Source: an uncultured Actinomycetota bacterium (GTDB lineage Bacteria; Actinomycetota; Actinomycetes; Streptosporangiales; Streptosporangiaceae). Taken from it: a DNA stretch of 64,000 nucleotides. The translations under genes were made by a program, and so were the position numbers. The notes below the pieces were generated by a model that saw only the letters and a program-made list of their open reading frames with translations, was not told where the DNA came from and ran no database searches. The stretch's first letter is position 1, and every line of letters begins with the position of its first letter. The stretch is taken from positions 78,972 through 142,971 of the forward strand of contig CAWKNA010000003.1 of NCBI GenBank assembly GCA_963850875.1. Reading direction: 5' to 3'. Shown piece after piece: positions 45,893 through 53,663 of the stretch.

Positions 45893-46660
45893 ATGGCCCC
45901 GGCCAAGTACCAGGAGATCGCTGACCGGCTGCGCGACCAGATCGACAATGGCGCGTTCAACCCAGGCGAGCGGCTGCCGAGCGAGCCCGATCTGGTCCGG
46001 CAGTTCGATGCCTCACGCAACACCGTGCGGCTGGCGCTCGCGTTGCTCACCAATCAGGGCCTGGTCGTCACCCGGCAGGGCCTCGGTACGTTCGTTACCG
46101 AGCCGACCAGGCCGTTCACGGCCCTGTTGTCCCGGTTCAGCGTTCAGCCGGCCGGGCACAGCAGCTCGACGATCCTGCCCGAAGTAGGCAACACGGCTGG
46201 CGAGCCGGAGACGTCCAGGCAGGTAGTCGAGAAGGCGCCAGCCTCGCCGAGCGTCGCGGAGAAGCTGGAGATCGCACCGGGGGAGCTGGTGGTCGTCCGG
46301 CGCAGACACGGCTCGATCGGCACTGTTCCCTGGATGATGATGGCCTCGTACTTTCCGATGGACGTGGCGGTCGGCACGCAGCTTGAACAGGCCGGGGAGA
46401 TCGCTCATGGCAGCATCCGGCTGTTGGCCGAGATGGGGTATCCGCAGGTCGGCTTCGTCGACGAGATTGGCGCCAGGATGCCGAGCGCGAGGGAGTTCTC
46501 GTTCTTCGGCCTGTCCACGGGGACGCCGGTGATCGTGGTCAACCGCACGGCCTACACGGAGGACCGCCCGATCCGGATGACCAGATACATCTACCGTGGC
46601 GACCGGGTCAGGTTGACCCACGAGGTCGGCACTATCCCGCCCAGGTTTCACACCGGCTAG
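45893..46660 (+). CDS. GntR family regulator, HutC/UTRA subfamily
   Basis: GGGAGG 6 nt before ATG 45893. LPSEPDLVRQFDASRNTVRLALALLTNQGLVVTRQGLGTFV. Confidence 0.9.
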   Translation: MAPAKYQEIADRLRDQIDNGAFNPGERLPSEPDLVRQFDASRNTVRLALALLTNQGLVVTRQGLGTFVTEPTRPFTALLSRFSVQPAGHSSSTILPEVGNTAGEPETSRQVVEKAPASPSVAEKLEIAPGELVVVRRRHGSIGTVPWMMMASYFPMDVAVGTQLEQAGEIAHGSIRLLAEMGYPQVGFVDEIGARMPSAREFSFFGLSTGTPVIVVNRTAYTEDRPIRMTRYIYRGDRVRLTHEVGTIPPRFHTG

Positions 46661-46990
46661 CTGGGTCAATCGGCTGGCTAGATCAACGGCCCGCTGCGGT
46701 CGTTCGCTGGCTGGCTTGGTCGCGCGCTGGCTGGGCTGGCGGTCAGCTGGGTCGTCGGCGGGCTGGTCAGTAGCTGGCTGGGTTCCGCGCTGGCTGAGTT
46801 AGCGGGTCAGCTGGGTCGTCGGGGGGCTGGGTCAGGGCTGGCTAGGTCATCGGCTGGGTCGCACTCTGGCTGAGTTGGCGGGTCAGCTGGGTCGTCGGGG
46901 GGCTGGGTCAGGGCTGGCTAGGTCATCGGCTGGGTCGCACTCTGGCTGGTCGCCGGCCGGCTGGTCGCCGGCTGGCTGGGTCAGTGGTCA
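46661..46990. repeat. noncoding GCTGG-rich minisatellite containing a 76-bp tandem repeat (46791-46866, 46867-46942)
   Basis: No ORF of 60 aa or more on either strand in the track. I count 24 GCTGG pentamers on the + strand. The two 76-bp units differ at one position. Confidence 0.9.
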
Positions 46991-47073
46991 GCGGTGTCAC
47001 CGATGGAAACCCCGTGGATCGTAGTCCAAAACTGACCGATCGGGCGCAGCGCGATCTTCGCTAACGTTCAACC

Positions 47074-47748
47074 ATGCTTGCCCTGGTCCTGGTGGCCGTC
47101 TCAGTCGGGTTCTCGAACCTGGCAGCGTCCATCGGTGTCGGCGTCGGCGGCATCAACTGGGGCACCAGGCTGAGGGTCGTATTGATCTTCGGGACGCTTG
47201 AGGCGGGAATGCCGATCGTCGGGCTGCTGATCGGCCATGACCTGGCCAGCGCGGTCGGTCGGGAGGCTCGCTGGCTCGCTGCCGTGCTGCTGGTCGCGGT
47301 GGGCGGCTACGGCGTCATCAAGGCCCGGCGCCTGGGTAGCGATGCCGGGATTGTCCCGCCGGACCCTACGTCGCCCGATCTTGAAGCCTCCCAGAGTGGG
47401 CGAGACGCTGAGCCTGACGATCCTGGGCCGCCAGAGCCCAGGTCCGGCAGTCGGCCCGTACCGGACCGCCGCACGCTGCACCGCAACAGACGGCAGTCGA
47501 TCCAATTGCTGGTCAGCGGGCTCGCCTTGAGCCTGGATAACCTGGTGGCCGGCTTCGCTCTTGGCGCCTACCAGGTCAACATCGCGACCGGGGCCGTCGT
47601 CTTCGGTGTGGTCAGCGTCGCGATGTCGCTTGTCGGGCTCGAGTTCGGTGCGCGGCTCGGCAGTCGAGCGGGTCAGCGAGGCGAACTGATCGGGAGCGTG
47701 ATCTTGATCGGCGTGGGCGTGGCGATCGGGCTCGGGGTGATCGGCTGA
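47074..47748 (+). CDS. mntP: MntP-family (DUF204 x2) putative manganese efflux pump with a hydrophilic central insert
   Basis: N- and C-terminal halves are each TM-rich with SNLAASIGVG / LSLDNLVAGFALG motifs. Confidence 0.7.
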   Translation: MLALVLVAVSVGFSNLAASIGVGVGGINWGTRLRVVLIFGTLEAGMPIVGLLIGHDLASAVGREARWLAAVLLVAVGGYGVIKARRLGSDAGIVPPDPTSPDLEASQSGRDAEPDDPGPPEPRSGSRPVPDRRTLHRNRRQSIQLLVSGLALSLDNLVAGFALGAYQVNIATGAVVFGVVSVAMSLVGLEFGARLGSRAGQRGELIGSVILIGVGVAIGLGVIG

Positions 47749-47785
47749 GGTCAGGGTTGCGGGCCTGAGCGCGGGCCGACCTGCC

Positions 47786-47977
47786 TTACTCGTGCAGCGT
47801 GAGCGCAGCCTTGGGGCACGACCGGACCGCGATCCTGACGGCGTCGGCTAGCTCGCTGGGGATGTCATCGAGATGGATATGCAGCCGGTCTTCGTCGTCA
47901 ACCTCGAAGACTTCGGGGACCAGCCCGGCGCAGACCGCATTGGCCTCGCAGGCGTCACGATCAACTGTCACTCTCAC
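47786..47977 (-). CDS. small ferredoxin (3Fe-4S/4Fe-4S type)
   Basis: GGAGG 6 nt before GTG 47975-47977. VTVDRDACEANAVCAGLVPEVFEVDD...SCPKAA. 63 aa. Confidence 0.8.
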   Translation of the reverse strand: MRVTVDRDACEANAVCAGLVPEVFEVDDEDRLHIHLDDIPSELADAVRIAVRSCPKAALTLHE

Positions 47978-48104
47978 CGGCCGCCTCCGTACGTCCCAGC
48001 GCGCTGGTCGCCTGCTTGACCCTGACGAGCTGGCTACCATCTTGACCTGACGAGTAGAGCATGTCCTGGCACGGCACCGGCAGGCAAGGCGGCAAGGAGA
48101 GATC

Positions 48105-48749
48105 ATGACCAAAGTCCTGGCTGACCGGTACCGGCTGGCTGCCGAGGCGGCGAGGGGGTTCATGCCGCCTGCCGAGGGCGAAGCTCTCTTCGAAGCCGCG
48201 GCGAGATACGCGCCGATCGGCCCGATCGCCGAGATCGGCACGTACTGCGGCAAGTCCACGATCTACCTGGCGGCGGCGGCGAGCCGGGCGGATCAGCTGG
48301 TCCTGACGGTGGATCATCATCGAGGCTCTGAGGAGAACCAGCCAGGCTGGGAGTATCACGACGCCGATCTGGTCGACCAGGCTGTCGGCAAGCTCGACAC
48401 GCTGCCTAGTTTCCGCTCGACGCTGGCCGGGTCCGGACTCGAGGAGCACGTGATCGCGATCGTCGGCCGGTCCGCCGACGTGGCCAGGCTATGGCGCGCG
48501 CCGCTCGGCATGCTCTTCATCGACGGCGGGCACACCGACGCCGCGGCGACCGGCGACTATGAGGGCTGGGCACCGCGGATCGCCATCGGCGGCGCACTGG
48601 CAGTGCACGATGTTTTTCCCGACCCTGCTGACGGCGGCCAGGCCCCGTACCGGATCTACCTGCGCGCGATGGCGTCGGGCGCCTTCAAGGAGGTGCTGGT
48701 GCGCGGCTCGCTGCGGGTGCTCGAACGGATCGGGGAAGGCATCGGCTGA
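48105..48749 (+). CDS. class I SAM-dependent methyltransferase (O-methyltransferase family 3-like)
   Basis: AAGGAGA before ATG 48105. IAEIGTYCGKSTIYLA, FIDGGH. Confidence 0.8.
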   Translation: MTKVLADRYRLAAEAARGFMPPAEGEALFEAAARYAPIGPIAEIGTYCGKSTIYLAAAASRADQLVLTVDHHRGSEENQPGWEYHDADLVDQAVGKLDTLPSFRSTLAGSGLEEHVIAIVGRSADVARLWRAPLGMLFIDGGHTDAAATGDYEGWAPRIAIGGALAVHDVFPDPADGGQAPYRIYLRAMASGAFKEVLVRGSLRVLERIGEGIG

Positions 48750-48768
48750 GTGCTCGGTCCATGATCGT

Positions 48769-48803
48769 GCGGTTCTTTCAGTTCCTACGACTGAAAGAAC
48801 CGC
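48769..48803. terminator. perfect 14-bp stem / 7-nt loop hairpin between convergent genes
   Basis: GCGGTTCTTTCAGT-tcctacg-ACTGAAAGAACCGC. Lies 20 nt after the methyltransferase stop and 79 nt after the prenyltransferase-like stop. Confidence 0.55.
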
Positions 48804-48881
48804 GTAGTAATGAGGATCAAGCGGTTCGTGCAGGGGGTTGCTGGGACGGGACGTCCTGGTGCGTTGGTTCGGGCCTTGTGA

Positions 48882-50030
48882 TCATGACGCCGGGTAGTGC
48901 CCGGATTGGCCGGACACTCCGTCGGCAATGCTGCTTTGCTCGCAGCCGCAGGTCGCATCGGTTGGCGGCATCATGACCGCCGGGTCGGCCGCCGCGTCGC
49001 GGAAGATCGACGAGGCGCTGGTCGCACCGCACAGCGTGTCGGCCGCCAGTACGATCGCGGCGGCGGTGTAGCTGCTCTGCTCGTTCGGATAGTGCCGCGA
49101 GTTGACGTACTGCCAGCCGGTCCAGTACGCGCCGCTCGGATCACGCAGCAGCTGGATCTGATCGAGCAATTCCAGCGCCCCCGCGCCGTCCCCGATCGCA
49201 TCCAGGGAGATGGCGAGCTCAGCCGTCTCGGCGGCGGTGACCCATGGTTCATCACGCACGCAGCGGACGCCTAGGCCGGGTACGACGTAGGTGTTCCAGC
49301 CAGTGTCCAGTCGGTGCCTGGCAGCCTCGCCGCGCAGCGGCCCGCCGAGCACCGGGTAATACCAGTCCATCGAGAACCGGCTCTTGTCGGCGAATGCCTC
49401 GGGGTGGCGGGCGACTGCATGCGCGAGCTGGCCGGCAGCGAGTTCCCAGTCCGGCTGGGGCTCGGCTAGGTACTCAGCCAACATGATCGCGCAGCGCAGA
49501 CTTGAGTACATGCTGGCGCTGCCGGCCAGCAGGGCATAGTTGTCGGGCGTGCCGTCGGCCCTACGCCGCCAGATGATCTCGCCGCGCGGCGTCTGCAGGC
49601 CAAGCACGAAGTCGATGGCGGCCCGCACGGTCGGCCACATCCGGTGCGCGAACCCCTCGTCCCGGCTGATCAGCAGCTCGTGCCAGACGCCCACTGCGCT
49701 GTAGGCGGCGTGATTGCTCTCAGTTGTGAGGTCCGTATCGTGCTCCGGCATCTGCTTATGCCAGGAACCGTCGGACCGCTGGGTCGCCCGAAGCCATTCA
49801 TAAGCCCGCCGGGCCGCGTCGCGCAGGCCGCAGGTGCTCAGCGCCATCGCGCACTCGACATGATTCCACGCGTCAACATGGCCGTCCGGCCAGCCGATCG
49901 CGCCGTCGGGCTGCTGCACGGCTGCTATCGCGGCTCCGGTGGCGATGATCTCGTCGGCGTTCAGGATGCCGGCCACCTCAGGCACCCAGGCGGCGGGTCG
50001 GAACCGCTGCGAGCTCTCAGGCTGCCGCAT
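48882..50030 (-). CDS. prenyltransferase / terpene-cyclase-like (alpha/alpha)6 repeat protein
   Basis: Repeated QxxDGxW-like units: QQPDGAIGW, TQRSDGSW, LQTPRGEIIW, RDPSGAYW. No DxDD motif noticed. Confidence 0.7.
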   Translation of the reverse strand: MRQPESSQRFRPAAWVPEVAGILNADEIIATGAAIAAVQQPDGAIGWPDGHVDAWNHVECAMALSTCGLRDAARRAYEWLRATQRSDGSWHKQMPEHDTDLTTESNHAAYSAVGVWHELLISRDEGFAHRMWPTVRAAIDFVLGLQTPRGEIIWRRRADGTPDNYALLAGSASMYSSLRCAIMLAEYLAEPQPDWELAAGQLAHAVARHPEAFADKSRFSMDWYYPVLGGPLRGEAARHRLDTGWNTYVVPGLGVRCVRDEPWVTAAETAELAISLDAIGDGAGALELLDQIQLLRDPSGAYWTGWQYVNSRHYPNEQSSYTAAAIVLAADTLCGATSASSIFRDAAADPAVMMPPTDATCGCEQSSIADGVSGQSGHYPAS

Positions 50031-50736
50031 GCTTGTCCGCGTAGACGACGAGGCTCTTGCCGATCAGCGGGTTCAGAGCCTGGTCGGCGAGCCTGGTAAT
50101 GGCTGGCTTGCGCATGATGTCCCAGACCAGCACGCGGTGATAGCTGCTCGCGAGCGGGTGATCGTCGTTGTGCACGCCGACCGCGCACTTGAGCCACCAG
50201 TAGGGCGAGTGCAGCGCATGAGCGTGGTGATGACCGCCGACGGCGAGTCCGGCGCGGCTGATCTTGGTCGCCAGCTCGCGCCGGGTGAATATCCGCACGT
50301 GCCCGCCTTTGGTGTTGTGATAGTCGTCGGAGAGCCGCCAGCAGATCCGCTCGGGCAGCCAGGCAGGGACGGTAATGGCGGCAACGCCGCCAGGGCGCAG
50401 CACCCTGGCGATCTCGTTCATGGCGGCCTGGTCGGCCGGGATGTGCTCAAGTACTTCGGCGGCTATCACCTTGTCAAACGACCCATCAGGGAACGGCATG
50501 CGGGTCGCGTCACCGGTGACCGTCACCCCGCTGGCACCGTCCGGGATCTCTCCGCTCTCGCCCATGGCGGCGAACATTGCCGACACGGCTCGCAGTTCGG
50601 CGCCGTCGGTGTCCATCGCGACCACCCGAGCACCGTGGCGCAGCGCCTCGAAGGCATGCCGACCAGCCCCGCAGCCGAGGTCGAGCAGCCGGTCACCTGG
50701 CGCGATTCGCAGCCGACCGAAGTTAACGGTCAGCAT
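50017..50736 (-). CDS. class I SAM-dependent methyltransferase (Methyltransf_11-like)
   Basis: LLDLGCGAGRH, VVAMD. 14-nt overlaps with both neighbouring genes. Confidence 0.85.
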   Translation of the reverse strand: MLTVNFGRLRIAPGDRLLDLGCGAGRHAFEALRHGARVVAMDTDGAELRAVSAMFAAMGESGEIPDGASGVTVTGDATRMPFPDGSFDKVIAAEVLEHIPADQAAMNEIARVLRPGGVAAITVPAWLPERICWRLSDDYHNTKGGHVRIFTRRELATKISRAGLAVGGHHHAHALHSPYWWLKCAVGVHNDDHPLASSYHRVLVWDIMRKPAITRLADQALNPLIGKSLVVYADKHAAA

Positions 50737-52225
50737 CGGCAGCTCCCTGGGCGATGGTTAGGCCGGCGCCACCGCCTGGGTCAGAGCCGCGGCGAGCGGC
50801 CTCCGCGCTATGATCCAGCACCCGTTGGGTACCGTGGGCAGCGACCGGCGTCCGTCCGGCTGCACTGGCGATGGCGCGCCGGTACTCGTCGACCGTCGCG
50901 CGGGCCACGGCCGACCAGGCGAATCGCTCCTGCACCCGGCGCAGCGCGGCAGCCGATAGGAACTCGCGCTCGGCTGGCGAATCCTGCAGCCGCCGCAAAG
51001 TGGCTGCCAGCTCGTCCGCGTCGCCCGGTGTGACCAGGACTGCGGCGTCACCGGTGACCTCTGGAAGCGCCCCCGTTCTGCTGGCCACCAGCGGAGTGCC
51101 TGACGCCATGTGCTCGACGGCAGGAAGCGAGAAGCCCTCGTACAGTGACGGCACGACGGCGATTTCGGCGCTGGCCACCAGGTCGGCAAGGTCAGCGTCG
51201 CTGATGCCAGTCACGAACCGCACTTTGTCGCCCAGCGACAGCTCGCCGATCAGCTGCTCGGTCGGGCCGCCGGACATCGGCTTGCCCACGACAGTGAGCA
51301 GTGCGTCCCGTTCCGCAATGATCTTGGCGAACGCCTGCAGGAGCGTCGGGATGCCTTTCACGGGCGAGTCAGCGCTGGCGACGGCGATAATGCTGCCGGC
51401 AATCCTGGCGGCTGGCCGGGGATGAAACAGCCGGGTGTCCACCCCGAGCGGGATCACCCGGACGTTGTGCTCTAGCACCTTGAAATCGCGGATGATGTCC
51501 TCGCGGGAGGACTGCGAGCCGGTCATCACCGGCCCTACCCGGCGGGCAACCCGGGCCTGCATCCGGACGAAGGAATACCAGCGCCGCTTGGTCAGCCGCC
51601 CCAGCCCCCTGGCCTGAGCCAGCTCGATCCGCCGGTCCACGCTGATCGGATGGTGAATGCTGGTGACCAGCGGCAGGCCCAGCCGGGCGATGCCGAGCAT
51701 GCCGTAGGCGAGCACCTGGTTGTCGTGCACGACGTCGAAGTCGCCCCGGCGGGCTCGCAGTTCGCGCAGTGCCCTGAGGCTGAACGTGAGCGGTTCTGGA
51801 AAGGCCGCGGTCCACATCATCGCGACCTCGAGCGCGTCGATCCAGTTGCGGAATTCACTTGGCCGCGGCGTCCGGAACGGGTCGTCGTCGCGGTACAGAT
51901 CCAGGCTTGGCACGGTGCGCAGCAGCGGGCCTGGCTCAAGCTCTGGATAGGGCTGTCCGGAGAAGACCTCCACGTGATGCCCGAGGGCGGTCAGCTCGCG
52001 GGACACATGCCGCAGATAAATGCCTTGGCCACCGCAGTGCGGTTTGCTCCGGTAGGAGAGCAGCGCGATCCGCAGCGGCTGGTCGTCCGGCTGCGGTAGC
52101 TCCGGGAACGCGGTGAGCACGGGCCGCGCGGTCAGAAGTGGCCCGGCGGCTGCGGTCGGGCCGGTGGCCGTGGCTGGCCCGGCTGACGTGACGGGCCCAG
52201 TGGCCATGGTTGGCACTGTGGTCAC
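50723..52225 (-). CDS. glycosyltransferase family 4 (GT-B)
   Basis: RIALLSYRSKPHCGGQGIYLRHV... and C-terminal E-x7-E region PSLYEGFSLPAVEHMASG. GAGGAGG 9 nt before GTG 52223-52225. Alternative ATG at 52207. Confidence 0.85.
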   Translation of the reverse strand: MTTVPTMATGPVTSAGPATATGPTAAAGPLLTARPVLTAFPELPQPDDQPLRIALLSYRSKPHCGGQGIYLRHVSRELTALGHHVEVFSGQPYPELEPGPLLRTVPSLDLYRDDDPFRTPRPSEFRNWIDALEVAMMWTAAFPEPLTFSLRALRELRARRGDFDVVHDNQVLAYGMLGIARLGLPLVTSIHHPISVDRRIELAQARGLGRLTKRRWYSFVRMQARVARRVGPVMTGSQSSREDIIRDFKVLEHNVRVIPLGVDTRLFHPRPAARIAGSIIAVASADSPVKGIPTLLQAFAKIIAERDALLTVVGKPMSGGPTEQLIGELSLGDKVRFVTGISDADLADLVASAEIAVVPSLYEGFSLPAVEHMASGTPLVASRTGALPEVTGDAAVLVTPGDADELAATLRRLQDSPAEREFLSAAALRRVQERFAWSAVARATVDEYRRAIASAAGRTPVAAHGTQRVLDHSAEAARRGSDPGGGAGLTIAQGAADADR

Positions 52226-52439
52226 GCAGGTCTGCCTCCTCGTGGCGGGCGCCGGTCGTGCGGTGCCGTTCGGGGCCGAGCCGCTGACCCTCCTGGCAGC
52301 GAACATTATCACTGGCCCCGTGAGCGCCCTCACGCCCCAGCAGGGCTGCGGACTGCGGTATCGGCTGCTCCCCGGAACAGTCGGCCAACTGGCAGGTGGC
52401 CAGTTCCGCCGTGGCCGGCCGCCGTGGCCGCCGCCGGAC

Positions 52440-52512
52440 CCGCCCGGCAACCGCCCGGCAGCTGCTCAAGCAGCCGCCCGGCAGCTGCTCGGCAACCGCC
52501 CGGCAGTCGGCC
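52440..52512. repeat. CCGCCCGGCA motif x4 (spacings 11, 23, 22 nt) in the divergent GT4/gmd intergenic region
   Basis: Copies start at 52440, 52451, 52474 and 52496. The middle two extend to an identical 17-mer, CCGCCCGGCAGCTGCTC. Confidence 0.85.
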
Positions 52513-52584
52513 GGTTTCCGCCGGTCCGCCGGGGATGTCACTGGCTTGCTGCCAGCTGCCGATATGCTGCCGCGACGTAGGCCG

Positions 52585-53661
52585 ATGGGCTGGCCGCTGC
52601 CAGGTTGGCCCCGACATCTGGAGGCTGTCCTGTCACCACGAGCGCTGATCACAGGCATCACCGGTCAGGACGGGTCCTACCTGGCTGAGCACCTGGCCGC
52701 GCAGGGGTACGAGGTCTGGGGACTGGTCCGCGGCCAGCAGAACCCGCGGGTGCGCCAGCTCAGGCAGCTGCTCGGAGAGGTCCGGCTGGTCCGCGGTGAC
52801 CTGCTCGACCAGGGCAGCCTGATCTCAGCGGTCGAGCGGGTCCAGCCCGACGAGGTGTACAACCTGGCGGCGATCTCATACGTGCCGATGTCCTGGCAGC
52901 AGGCGGAGCTGACCGGTGAGGTGACCGGGCTCGGCGTGCTGCGAGTGCTCGAGGCGATCAGGGTATGCAGCGGGATCAGCGCCTCCCGCAGCCCTGGCCG
53001 CGGGCAGATCAGGTTCTATCAGGCATCCTCGTCGGAGATGTTCGGCATGGTCAGGGAGTCTCCGCAGACCGAGCAGACCCCGTTCCATCCGCGCAGTCCC
53101 TACGGCGTGGCCAAGGTCTACGGTCATTTCCTGACTCAGAACTACCGAGAGTCCTATGGCATGTTCGCGGTCTCCGGGATCTTGTTCAACCACGAATCGC
53201 CCCGGCGCGGTGCCGAGTTCGTGACCCGCAAGATCTCGCTCGGCGTCGCCAAGATCAAGCTTGGGTACGAACGGCAGCTGCGACTGGGAAACCTGTCCGC
53301 GCGCCGGGACTGGGGCTTCGCCGGAGACTACGTCCAGGCGATGCAGCTGATGCTTGCGGCGGACGCACCGGCCGACTATGTGGTTGGCACCGGCGTCACG
53401 CACTCGGTGGAAGACCTGCTCGAGCAGGCCTTCAAGGTGGCCGACCTGGACTGGCGCGATCATGTGGTGACTGACGCGGCTTTCATCAGGCCGGCTGAGG
53501 TGGACAAGCTGTGCGCTGATGCGTCCCTGGCCAGGGAGCGGCTCGGCTGGGAGCCGAAGATCGGCTTCGAGGAACTAGTTTCCATGATGGTGGAGGCCGA
53601 TCTTGAGCTGTTGTCGTCGGGCGGGCACGCCGAGGATTCCTTCGGCAGCGACAGCTGGTAG
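52585..53661 (+). CDS. gmd: GDP-mannose 4,6-dehydratase
   Basis: ALITGITGQDGSYLAEHL, YGVAKVYGHF, NHESPRRG. The start at ATG 52585 is uncertain, since the conserved core begins about 19 aa later. Confidence 0.9.
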   Translation: MGWPLPGWPRHLEAVLSPRALITGITGQDGSYLAEHLAAQGYEVWGLVRGQQNPRVRQLRQLLGEVRLVRGDLLDQGSLISAVERVQPDEVYNLAAISYVPMSWQQAELTGEVTGLGVLRVLEAIRVCSGISASRSPGRGQIRFYQASSSEMFGMVRESPQTEQTPFHPRSPYGVAKVYGHFLTQNYRESYGMFAVSGILFNHESPRRGAEFVTRKISLGVAKIKLGYERQLRLGNLSARRDWGFAGDYVQAMQLMLAADAPADYVVGTGVTHSVEDLLEQAFKVADLDWRDHVVTDAAFIRPAEVDKLCADASLARERLGWEPKIGFEELVSMMVEADLELLSSGGHAEDSFGSDSW

Positions 53662-53663
53662 GA

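Noticed and set aside
46661-46990. CRISPR array hypothesis for the GCTGG-rich repeats (and likewise for 60843-61003).
   Set aside because: The units are directly tandem and degenerate, with no unique spacers of constant length. No cas genes are in the window.
46991-47073. yybP-ykoY Mn riboswitch upstream of mntP.
   Set aside because: I could not find the conserved GGGGAGUAG or UUGACA cores or a four-way-junction-like pairing by eye. A covariance-model scan is needed to be sure.
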